The translations under genes were made by a program, and so were the position numbers. This document shows, piece by piece, positions 1 to 6,091 of a DNA stretch of 9,665 bases. This DNA comes from a virus (taxonomy: Duplodnaviria > Heunggongvirae > Uroviricota > Caudoviricetes). Location of the stretch: positions 1 through 9,665 of IMG/VR virus record IMGVR_UViG_2681813316_000027. One strand, given 5' to 3'. The notes under the pieces were generated by a model. The model did no database searches. It saw only the letters and a list, made by a program, of their open reading frames with translations, and was not told the DNA's origin. Within the stretch, counting starts at the first letter, position 1; each line of letters begins with the position of its first letter.

Positions 1-201
1 TTACCCATTGGCGCGGCTTAAGAGCTTATTTTTGAATTCACAATGGTCACGATATAACCATCTTGCTCGCCCGTGGATAACTTTGGCTTTTGGAAGGTCT
101 CCGGACTTAATCCGGTCATAGATGAAGGTTTTACCGAATCCAGTATCGGCCATGATGAATTTCAAATCAACCAGTGAATCAGGCTGTAGTTCGTGTTGCA
201 T
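1..201 (-). CDS. xis: Excisionase / AlpA-family DNA-binding protein (66 aa), complete; integrase expected just beyond the left edge
   Basis: ORF track 1..201(-). ATG at 201..199 with GGAG upstream; stop TAA at 3..1. Core IMADTGFGKTFIYDRI...GRARWLYRD looks like the phage excisionase/AlpA helix-turn-helix family. Position at the distal end of the leftward early operon fits xis. Confidence 0.7.
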   Translation of the reverse strand: MQHELQPDSLVDLKFIMADTGFGKTFIYDRIKSGDLPKAKVIHGRARWLYRDHCEFKNKLLSRANG

Positions 202-246
202 GAGTGCTATCTCCGAATAGGGAATCGAACCTGCAAATCAGGCAAT

Positions 247-266
247 AAAAAACCGCCATCAGGCGG
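247..266 (-). terminator. Intrinsic terminator (minus strand) between the small ORF and xis
   Basis: Plus strand CCGCC(253-257)-ATCA-GGCGG(262-266) preceded by AAAAAA(247-252). On the minus strand this is a 5-bp GC stem followed directly by a U6 tract. The stop codon of the 259..426 ORF sits in the loop. Confidence 0.5.
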
Positions 267-426
267 CTTGGTGTTCTTTCAGTTCTTCAATTCGAATATT
301 GGTTACGTCTGCATGTGCCATCTGCGCCCACAGCATCCAGTGGTCATAGCAGTCGTTGATGTTCTCTGCTTCGATAACTCTGTTGAATGGTTCTCCATTC
401 CATTCACCTGTTACTCGGAAGTGCAT
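259..426 (-). CDS. Hypothetical small protein (55 aa), MHFRVTGEWNGEPFNRVIEAENINDCYDHWMLWAQMAHADVTNIRIEELKEHQAA
   Basis: Translated by hand; below the length cutoff of the ORF track. ATG at 426..424 with GGAGATGATAA immediately upstream (good Shine-Dalgarno spacing); TGA at 261..259. Same strand as all neighbouring genes. The overlapping plus-strand ORF 193..441 has no ribosome-binding site and is rejected. Confidence 0.45.
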   Translation of the reverse strand: MHFRVTGEWNGEPFNRVIEAENINDCYDHWMLWAQMAHADVTNIRIEELKEHQAA

Positions 427-438
427 TTATCATCTCCA

Positions 439-462
439 TAAAACAAAACTCGCCGTAGCGAG
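439..462 (-). terminator. Intrinsic terminator (minus strand) downstream of the 266-aa gene
   Basis: Plus strand CTCGC(449-453)-CGTA-GCGAG(458-462), extendable by two A-U pairs, preceded by ATAAAACAAAA(439-448). On the minus strand this is a stem followed by UUUUGUUUU. Confidence 0.5.
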
Positions 463-483
463 TTCAGATAAAAGAAATCCGCA

Positions 484-1284
484 TTAAGCGGCGTCGGTGA
501 ATTCAAATAAAAAACCGGCTTGCGCCGGCTCTCTCATCTTTCTGTCTACCCATGCTGATATCGATGGCGGGTGCACCTTTTCAATAGCAGCGCGAAGTAC
601 AGCTGTACGTGCCAGTTTGTCAGTAATCTCAGGAAATCGCTTCTCTGTCTTCGGTACGTTAACAGCAACATTAGTAGAATCCGCACTGGCGAACGGATAC
701 ATACCAAGAACTCTCACGTCGAGCATTCGAAGACCATGAATTTTCACTTTCAAATTACGATTGATATAAAGCTCAGTGAAAACTTCATCCATTCTCTGTT
801 CCCACCATTTAGAGCGTATGTGCCTGTGTGGGCCGCAGCATCCAATCGCCACCCATTCAAATTTGCCAGAAAGGCGTAAAAGACGTTCAATTGATTCGTC
901 GGTATGCCAGACCGGAACCGCTTTTGATTTTAGCCAATCAGGAACCAACTCAATCTGCTCGTCGTTTTCTGCCTCTGTCCCTTCGATAACGTCAGGTATA
1001 AGAAACCATTCAATTCTGCTGAACCACTTCCCAACAAAGTCGTAGAATTTTGCTCGCCTCTTACTCCAGTCTACCGGAGTGCCTTTCTTTAATGCTTTCA
1101 TCCAGTCGCTAAAAGCGCCGTTATCAAGGCGTATATCACAAGGGAACATGGCAATCTTTTTCATCTGCTCTGGTCTGGCAAATGAAACAAAAGCCCCACC
1201 ATCACGGTAAAGGGCTTTAATCAGCATATCTGTAGGGGCATGCTCATCCCCCCATATTGGGCTGCCGTGAAAGTGGATGGTCAT
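484..1284 (-). CDS. TGT-fold (tRNA-guanine transglycosylase / DpdA-like) protein, 266 aa; putative DNA or tRNA 7-deazaguanine transglycosylase
   Basis: ORF track 484..1284(-). ATG at 1284..1282 with GGGGA upstream; TAA at 486..484. Motifs in the same order as the TGT catalytic core, as I recall it: DIRLDNGAFSDW (cf. TGT TDSGGFQ), WFLIPDV (cf. IFDE), EWVAIGCCG (cf. YAVGGLAVGE), FASADST (cf. MFDCVMPTR). No C-terminal CxCxxC...H zinc subdomain, consistent with short phage DpdA-like proteins. Assignment made from motifs by eye, not from a search. Confidence 0.55.
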   Translation of the reverse strand: MTIHFHGSPIWGDEHAPTDMLIKALYRDGGAFVSFARPEQMKKIAMFPCDIRLDNGAFSDWMKALKKGTPVDWSKRRAKFYDFVGKWFSRIEWFLIPDVIEGTEAENDEQIELVPDWLKSKAVPVWHTDESIERLLRLSGKFEWVAIGCCGPHRHIRSKWWEQRMDEVFTELYINRNLKVKIHGLRMLDVRVLGMYPFASADSTNVAVNVPKTEKRFPEITDKLARTAVLRAAIEKVHPPSISAWVDRKMREPAQAGFLFEFTDAA

Positions 1285-1295
1285 ATTATCCCCAT

Positions 1296-1322
1296 ATAAA
1301 AGAAATCCCCGCGAGTGCGAGG
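1296..1322 (-). terminator. Terminator-like hairpin plus U-rich tract (minus strand) just upstream of the 266-aa gene
   Basis: Minus-strand RNA reads CCUCGC-ACUC-GCGGGG (6-bp stem with one G-U pair) followed by AUUUCUUUUAU. The stem is only favourable on the minus strand. The U tract is interrupted, so this is weaker than the other terminators. Confidence 0.35.
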
Positions 1323-1451
1323 ATTGTTATTCATTGCCGATATTTACATTTATTTCGAATATCTTTACTGGGTAATCGCCAAAGTCATATGTTTTTTATT
1401 CTGTTTTATAAGCACTACTAAGTACTGCTTATTACAAATAAGAAAAGGCTG

Positions 1452-1480
1452 AAAAAATATTTAAGGCCACAACTGTGGCC
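1452..1480 (-). terminator. Probable terminator (minus strand) immediately after the secreted-protein gene
   Basis: Plus strand GGCCAC(1465-1470)-AACT-GTGGCC(1475-1480), a perfect 6-bp GC-rich stem. On the minus strand it is followed by UUAAAUAUUUUUU. It lies 10 nt after the stop at 1491..1493. Confidence 0.4.
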
Positions 1481-1490
1481 CTAAATTTAC

Positions 1491-2189
1491 TTACGGCACT
1501 GCGTTAATCAGATTACAAATACCTCTTTTGGCAGGGTCTGAATTCAACTTCTGGAAATTGGCGTTCAACATAGCAGTGTGTAAGTGATTCTCAACCTCAA
1601 AGAATAGGTCGATTTTGCCCTCTTTGGCTGCATGTTTCTTCCAAACATTCACTTGGTCATCAGCAATACGACTGGCGCAAGTGAACAAGAACGAACTGCC
1701 TCTAGGAATGGATGTCGTGCTGTAATACTCACCATCTACTTCTACATATTTAGCTCGGAATGACTCTAAGGTTAGCTTATTGCCGTTCTTGACCGACTTA
1801 ACTTCTGCCTTACTTGTTTCTTCCTGCTCTTCAGAATGTTTCTGCGTCGACGTGGGTATCTCATTGGCCGCTGTTACGCTGACTGAACTCCCCAAACCTT
1901 TGAGGCCATTAATTTGGATAAGATAAGCCAGCTCCAGAGCCTTATTATCAGTGAGTTTTCCACGCATATTTACCCACTGACGTTGAACCATTTTTATGGT
2001 GTCTGCGTTCTCTGGGTTTTCTTTGAGGGCACTAGAATAGGCAGAGCTAAGCTGTTCGTCTAATTTTGACAGACGTTCGTTATCGCAGATTTTATGTTCG
2101 ATTGCTGTCGAAGCCTTTTGGCAGTCAAAGCTGGCTGCAAATGCACCCGGCGATGCCACTAACAATGATGCCAGTAGGATATTTTTCAT
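1491..2189 (-). CDS. Secreted protein with N-terminal DUF1311/LprI-like domain (232 aa) and an unrecognised C-terminal domain
   Basis: ORF track 1491..2216(-). I prefer the internal ATG at 2189..2187 because GGAGTGAAT sits directly upstream, whereas the ATG at 2216 has no ribosome-binding site. N-terminus MKNILLASLLVASPGAFAAS is a typical Sec signal peptide. The mature N-terminus FDCQKASTAIEHKICDNERLSKLDEQLSSAYSSAL...QRQWVNMR fits the C..A.T..E..IC...L..LD..L...Y ... Q..W..R pattern of the LprI/DUF1311 family. Flanked by about 130 and 200 bp of AT-rich non-coding DNA. Confidence 0.6.
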   Translation of the reverse strand: MKNILLASLLVASPGAFAASFDCQKASTAIEHKICDNERLSKLDEQLSSAYSSALKENPENADTIKMVQRQWVNMRGKLTDNKALELAYLIQINGLKGLGSSVSVTAANEIPTSTQKHSEEQEETSKAEVKSVKNGNKLTLESFRAKYVEVDGEYYSTTSIPRGSSFLFTCASRIADDQVNVWKKHAAKEGKIDLFFEVENHLHTAMLNANFQKLNSDPAKRGICNLINAVP

Positions 2190-2319
2190 ATTCACTCCAT
2201 AAATACAAAAGCGCATTACTATAGCACTTAACCGATCGCTTATCTCGCCCGTTCGTCATTCTTATCTAACCAGAACATGCGGCTGCCACAGCACATGTCG
2301 AGGATCGCTGCATGTCCAG

Positions 2320-2487
2320 TCACCGGTTGCCTCCTTTGCGCAACATCGCATTCAGATATTTGTTGTCATTAACAGAACCGAAACTCTTTCTCTTAAGCAA
2401 TTCCTCTCTCGATGGCATTGGCTTTACGCGTTGGCGAATAATCATTTCTGCCGGAAGAATGCCGGGATTGTATGCAAGTCCTCTCAT
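2320..2487 (-). CDS. Hypothetical small protein (55 aa), [55 protein letters not shown]
   Basis: ORF track 2320..2520(-). The first two in-frame ATGs lack a ribosome-binding site. The ATG at 2487..2485 is preceded by GAGGAA, which overlaps the stop of the upstream 98-aa gene. Confidence 0.5.
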   Translation of the reverse strand: MRGLAYNPGILPAEMIIRQRVKPMPSREELLKRKSFGSVNDNKYLNAMLRKGGNR

Positions 2488-2497
2488 GGTAAATTCC

Positions 2498-2794
2498 TCA
2501 GTCATTACTGATAGCGCCATAGCGTGAGCGGTAATTACGCAGGCGCGGGTCGATATATTCAGGGAAGTGGGTATATGTGGCTTTGCGGAATGGTCGGATT
2601 GATGTTTCGTTTATTCGGTCTTTTTCCTGTTTTTCTGCGAGTTGTATATCGCGTCGGTACTTCCGTTCTGCTTTTGTTTCTGGTGGCAGAGCAAGAAACG
2701 CGTCGAGATTATTCTTGATATTTTCCAGCACCTCCGATACGGAATTGCCGGAACAGCGGCGCGGGTCATCCGCACCATACAGAGGCGCTGGCAT
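2498..2794 (-). CDS. Hypothetical protein (98 aa), charged and lysine/arginine-rich
   Basis: ORF track 2498..2794(-). ATG at 2794..2792 preceded by CAGGAGAAAATC, 13 nt after the ssb stop. No family recognised by eye. Confidence 0.7.
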   Translation of the reverse strand: MPAPLYGADDPRRCSGNSVSEVLENIKNNLDAFLALPPETKAERKYRRDIQLAEKQEKDRINETSIRPFRKATYTHFPEYIDPRLRNYRSRYGAISND

Positions 2795-2807
2795 GATTTT
2801 CTCCTGA

Positions 2808-3314
2808 TTAAATTGCGTGAATAGCGTGACGAGGGAAGGGGAGAGTTACTGGTGCAAAGGGTATATCGTCGTCAAAATCCATCGGAGGTTCGTTGTGTTG
2901 TGCTGGTGATGATTGCTGCTGTGGCTTCTGTGATTGCCTGCTGGCTGCTTGTTGTTTGCTGTCGCCAATGCCGCCAAGCATTTGCATCACGCCATTAATT
3001 CCGACATGAACCTCGGTTGTGTAACGGTCTTGCCCTGACTGGTCTTTCCACTTTCTGGTTCTCAGCATTCCCTCGAAATAAATCTGATCACCTTTTTTCA
3101 CATACTGCCCCACGACCTCAGCCAGTTTCCCGGATACAGCAACACGATGCCATTCAGTCAATTCCTTTTGCTCGCCAGTATTTTTATCTCGCCATTGTTC
3201 TGACGTGGCTATTGTCAGGTTAGCGAACGCTGTTCCTGATGGTGAGTATCGAACTTCCGGGTCTTGTCCTACCCGACCAAGGATAATCACCTTATTTATC
3301 CCGCGAGAACTCAT
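2808..3314 (-). CDS. ssb: Single-stranded DNA-binding protein (168 aa)
   Basis: ORF track 2808..3323(-). N-terminus [29 protein letters not shown] matches the conserved SSB OB-fold start. Gln/Pro/Gly-rich linker and acidic C-terminal tail DFDDDIPF. Preferred start is the ATG at 3314..3312 after GGTGGAG; the GTG at 3323 is an upstream alternative. Confidence 0.9.
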   Translation of the reverse strand: MSSRGINKVIILGRVGQDPEVRYSPSGTAFANLTIATSEQWRDKNTGEQKELTEWHRVAVSGKLAEVVGQYVKKGDQIYFEGMLRTRKWKDQSGQDRYTTEVHVGINGVMQMLGGIGDSKQQAASRQSQKPQQQSSPAQHNEPPMDFDDDIPFAPVTLPFPRHAIHAI

Positions 3315-3778
3315 TTGCTCCACCTCTTGCCAGTTTTTATGTTGCTTATAATTGATTGAGATACACCCATGTCTTTTGCTATCTTGTACTGACTCTCTTT
3401 TTCAGAGAGTCTTTTCCTAATTTCTATAACCTGCCACTCTGTTAATTTTGCACCATGATGAGCATGACCTTTCTTGGCTCCACGATGCCTTCCTTTTGCT
3501 ATCTTGTCGTCCATGTTTTCTTGCGCGCTACCTAAAAAGAGATGTTCAGGATTAACGCAGCATGGGTTATCGCATTTGTGGCAAACCATCTTCCCAGATG
3601 GAATGGGGGAGTGATAAAGCTCAAAAGCAACCCGATGAGAAAGCATTGTTACGCCAAATGCTACAAATTTTGTGTATCCTCCTTTGTTTTTTGAATAGGT
3701 AGACTCCCAGCAACCTGTTGTTTCATTAACTTTGTAGCTGGACTCGAATCTTTTAATAATTCCGTCCAAGTGAGACAT
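3311..3778 (-). CDS. HNH endonuclease (155 aa), homing-endonuclease-like
   Basis: ORF track 3311..3778(-). HNH core ...[58 protein letters not shown]... with a C-terminal basic helix-turn-helix-like tail. Its stop overlaps the ssb start (ATGA) and its start directly abuts the stop of the annealing-protein gene. Confidence 0.85.
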   Translation of the reverse strand: MSHLDGIIKRFESSYKVNETTGCWESTYSKNKGGYTKFVAFGVTMLSHRVAFELYHSPIPSGKMVCHKCDNPCCVNPEHLFLGSAQENMDDKIAKGRHRGAKKGHAHHGAKLTEWQVIEIRKRLSEKESQYKIAKDMGVSQSIISNIKTGKRWSK

Positions 3779-4486
3779 TTATGCCGCCTGTTTTAGTTCG
3801 TTAACTCTGATGCTCATTACCTGAACGCATTTAGCCTGCGCCTCCTCGTTGCCAGCCATTAATTGCCAGTCACGCTGATAACGCTCGATGAGTTTTTTCT
3901 TGTCAGTTTCTGTTGATGCATAATCGCTGAAGTCTTTCAGGATTTGTTCGCAGTCAACCGATGGAGATTTCTGGTTGGTATTTTCTGGTGATGGTTTGTT
4001 ATCTGATGCTGGGATTGCCCATCCCGGCAGCGATGGAGGGAGCCAGTAAAATCCTGTTCCATCCTTGAGTTTTGCCCTGTGCCATCCCTGCTTTTTATCG
4101 AGAGATGTTTGTGCAAAACCTTCCTCAAGGTTATACAGATACCGACCGATTCCCCACTGAACGGCAGCGCGCTTCATTGCACCGGAACGACCGCCTTTGA
4201 CGGCTTCTACCTGCGTGTTTTCAGCAGCATCCCATTTGGTTACCCATTCGGAATCAATCTTTATTGATATGCCGCATTCAACTCCGCCGTTGTTGGGAAT
4301 ATCGCGGTATTCATTGCGCCATCCTGCTTTGCCGCAAACATCGTCCAGGCGCTTCATGATTGCCCGGTTCGTGACATAAGCCAGCACCATAGCCCACACC
4401 TTGCCATCGCGTGTTTTACCGCTTTGCTGTATTCGCCATTCGATATCTTCAGGGCTGAATGGCTCATCGAATTTGTTCAAATCCAT
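3779..4486 (-). CDS. Rad52/Rad22-family single-strand annealing recombinase (235 aa)
   Basis: ORF track 3779..4486(-). ATG at 4486 preceded by GAGGTG. Motifs DDVCGKAGW and KGGRSGAMKRAAVQWGIGRYLYNL resemble the Rad52 core motifs EMFGYNGW and [23 protein letters not shown] as I recall them. Occupies the position of lambda bet. Confidence 0.8.
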   Translation of the reverse strand: MDLNKFDEPFSPEDIEWRIQQSGKTRDGKVWAMVLAYVTNRAIMKRLDDVCGKAGWRNEYRDIPNNGGVECGISIKIDSEWVTKWDAAENTQVEAVKGGRSGAMKRAAVQWGIGRYLYNLEEGFAQTSLDKKQGWHRAKLKDGTGFYWLPPSLPGWAIPASDNKPSPENTNQKSPSVDCEQILKDFSDYASTETDKKKLIERYQRDWQLMAGNEEAQAKCVQVMSIRVNELKQAA

Positions 4487-4585
4487 AATTCACCTCAGAA
4501 TGGACACGGCCCAAGGAAATAACGCTGATTTAATACTTCGACTCGGGACAAATTAAGGCATACCCGCATTCCTTCGCGGTCGCCA

Positions 4586-4744
4586 TTATGGCGATACCAG
4601 AGAGCTTTCTGCGTGTACATGCGTCTCTGTAACTTGCTCTCCTTCACTGTGGTTGCAAGTGACATGAATATCTCCTTCGTTACCGATTAATTCTTTCATC
4701 TGACGAATGAATTCTTCGTCTGACCAGTTATCTGTAAAACTCAT
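4586..4744 (-). CDS. Hypothetical small acidic protein (52 aa), MSFTDNWSDEEFIRQMKELIGNEGDIHVTCNHSEGEQVTETHVHAESSLVSP; in the position of lambda kil
   Basis: ORF track 4586..4774(-). Start moved to the ATG at 4744..4742, which overlaps the stop of the upstream cIII-like gene (ATGA), giving translational coupling. No sequence similarity to Kil recognised; the comparison is positional only. Confidence 0.5.
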   Translation of the reverse strand: MSFTDNWSDEEFIRQMKELIGNEGDIHVTCNHSEGEQVTETHVHAESSLVSP

Positions 4745-4911
4745 GGGCGGCCTTGTTGTTTCAAAATATCCCAAAGCTTTTCGAGCAAACTTTTCATTCT
4801 TGGTTGTTTAAAGTCTGCTCCGGTTAGAATGTTTTTTCGTGAATGCTGTACCGATAAAATCGGGTTGAAAGGGCGAACCGATGCCGCCCCTGCAATAGCG
4901 AACTGTTGCAT
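4741..4911 (-). CDS. CIII-like protein (56 aa), MQQFAIAGAASVRPFNPILSVQHSRKNILTGADFKQPRMKSLLEKLWDILKQQGRP; possible FtsH/HflB inhibitor
   Basis: ORF track 4741..5016(-). Start placed at the ATG at 4911..4909 because of the strong upstream site GAAGGAGCATCCT; the upstream part of the tracked ORF overlaps a terminator. MQ.AIAG at the N-terminus, a C-terminal amphipathic SLLEKLWDILKQQGRP and the size resemble lambda CIII (MQYAIAGWP...LRDGWKRLIDILNQPGVP) as I recall it. Confidence 0.55.
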   Translation of the reverse strand: MQQFAIAGAASVRPFNPILSVQHSRKNILTGADFKQPRMKSLLEKLWDILKQQGRP

Positions 4912-4977
4912 AGGATGCTCCTTCTGTTTGATTGCATAACGAAAACGCCTCGAGTGAAGCGTTATTGGTATGCATAT

Positions 4978-5001
4978 AAAAAAGCCCTCACACTGGAGGG
5001 C
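4978..5001 (-). terminator. Intrinsic terminator (minus strand) upstream of the cIII-like gene
   Basis: Plus strand AAAAAA(4978-4983) GCCCTC(4984-4989)-ACACTG-GAGGGC(4996-5001). On the minus strand this is a 6-bp GC stem followed directly by U6-7. Confidence 0.6.
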
Positions 5002-5063
5002 AAAGAAGATTTCCAATAATCAGAACAAGTCGGCTCCTGTTTAGTTACGAGCGACATTGCTCC

Positions 5064-5091
5064 GTGTATTCACTCGTTGGAATGAATACAC
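5064..5091. repeat. Perfect 9-bp inverted repeat GTGTATTCA / TGAATACAC with a 10-nt spacer
   Basis: Read directly from the sequence (5064-5072 and 5083-5091). Lies 5 nt downstream of the stop of the 62-aa gene on the minus strand. No U tract follows on either strand, so it is not a canonical terminator. Confidence 0.4.
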
Positions 5092-5096
5092 AGTGC

Positions 5097-5285
5097 TTAT
5101 TCGTCATGCATTTCAGGTAATTCTTCGTATTCGACTCCCCATACGTTTTTACACCAACTAACTCGCTCATATCTTTTACAAAAATCAGACCACATAACTT
5201 GTGTTCCATCATGGTTTGTTATTACTTCTGTAATATCACCAACACTAACAAAACTGGTATTAGAAGCAGTTATTTTTACTTTCAT
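5097..5285 (-). CDS. Hypothetical small protein (62 aa)
   Basis: ORF track 5097..5285(-). ATG at 5285..5283 preceded by GGAGGTGAGTA. Its start overlaps the stop of the upstream 44-aa ORF (TAATG). Confidence 0.65.
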   Translation of the reverse strand: MKVKITASNTSFVSVGDITEVITNHDGTQVMWSDFCKRYERVSWCKNVWGVEYEELPEMHDE

Positions 5286-5419
5286 TACTCACCTCCAAGA
5301 GCATTTGCAGCCTCTTTTGCTTTGTGAATCCATAGCAGAGCCATGTAGTACACAGCCTTTTCGTCGGCTCCTGTGATATCTTGCTCTGCCATCCATTTTG
5401 TAAATTCAACTGCGTTCAT
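5285..5419 (-). CDS. Hypothetical small protein (44 aa), MNAVEFTKWMAEQDITGADEKAVYYMALLWIHKAKEAANALGGE
   Basis: Translated by hand; below the ORF track cutoff. ATG at 5419..5417 preceded by AGAGGTGAAT. TAA at 5287..5285 overlaps the next start. Confidence 0.5.
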   Translation of the reverse strand: MNAVEFTKWMAEQDITGADEKAVYYMALLWIHKAKEAANALGGE

Positions 5420-5456
5420 ATTCACCTCTGTTGTTTATGCCAAAAATAAAGGCCGA

Positions 5457-6080
5457 CTATGCGACCTCGGAAGGAAGTCCAATCATCTTATTCAAATCTT
5501 CTACCCGTAAAGCAGGAAGTGCTGTACTTGCTTTATCTGCTTCTTTTGGTAGCAATTCTTTGCTTTCAGGCCAAACTTCAATAAGTCGCTTAACTGTTGT
5601 GACTGAGTTCAAAGCAGCCCATACATTTGATTCGATATCCTTTTTCTTGGCTTCAAGTTTTTGTTGCAATGCGCAGATTTCATCAAACCTTTTTGTTATT
5701 TCGTGTTCTGCGTCAAACATGCATTTATCTTTTTCTGGGGTGGGGAGCAATATATCTTCACCGTTGCCGTCTTTTCCGTATGAATGCCAGCCAACCCTTC
5801 TTCCAGATACAGTCAGATAAATCGAAGTAGAACGAACATCGCATGAGTAAAATGAACATCCCATCTTCTCAAGTTCTTCACTTATAGCTGCTAACTTGGA
5901 TGATAACCGATCCACTTCCTCAGTTTTCTTTTTACCGCCAAACGCAATAACTCTGGCGTCAAGTGCAAGCTGGTTCTTTAACTTTGTTACTTCTTCAAGT
6001 TCAGTGAAAACCCCAGACTTAATTAAAGCGTTACGAGCGATTTCCTCTTTCATTCTCGTAGTTAAGCGGATTGATGACAT
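5457..6080 (-). CDS. Hypothetical protein (207 aa), first gene after N; predicted helix-rich, no recognised family
   Basis: ORF track 5457..6140(-). Start moved to the ATG at 6080..6078 (MSSIRLTTRMKEEIARN...), which is preceded by GAGAGGAATTAAT 11 nt after the N stop. The upstream extension has no ribosome-binding site. Confidence 0.75.
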   Translation of the reverse strand: MSSIRLTTRMKEEIARNALIKSGVFTELEEVTKLKNQLALDARVIAFGGKKKTEEVDRLSSKLAAISEELEKMGCSFYSCDVRSTSIYLTVSGRRVGWHSYGKDGNGEDILLPTPEKDKCMFDAEHEITKRFDEICALQQKLEAKKKDIESNVWAALNSVTTVKRLIEVWPESKELLPKEADKASTALPALRVEDLNKMIGLPSEVA

Positions 6081-6091
6081 ATTAATTCCTC

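Noticed and set aside
193-441. Plus-strand 82-aa ORF from the six-frame track
   Set aside because: No ribosome-binding site, low-complexity translation, and antisense to a minus-strand ORF that has a strong ribosome-binding site and a terminator. The whole left arm is transcribed leftward.
497-1045. Three plus-strand ORFs (497..739, 571..879, 776..1045)
   Set aside because: All lie antisense within the 266-aa TGT-like gene, overlap one another in different frames, and lack ribosome-binding sites. They are shadow ORFs.
2524-2824. Plus-strand ORFs 2524..2718, 2577..2807 and 2642..2824
   Set aside because: Antisense to the well-supported 98-aa gene, mutually overlapping, with no translation signals.
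3017-4379. Plus-strand ORFs 3017..3223, 4079..4267, 4197..4379 and the minus out-of-frame ORF 3937..4128
   Set aside because: They lie inside ssb or the Rad52-like gene, on the opposite strand or in another frame. The conserved protein motifs identify the true frames.
4530-4586. 18-codon ORF (MATAKECGYALICPESKY) overlapping the stop of the 52-aa gene via TAATG
   Set aside because: No Shine-Dalgarno sequence, very short, and no supporting context. Most likely chance.
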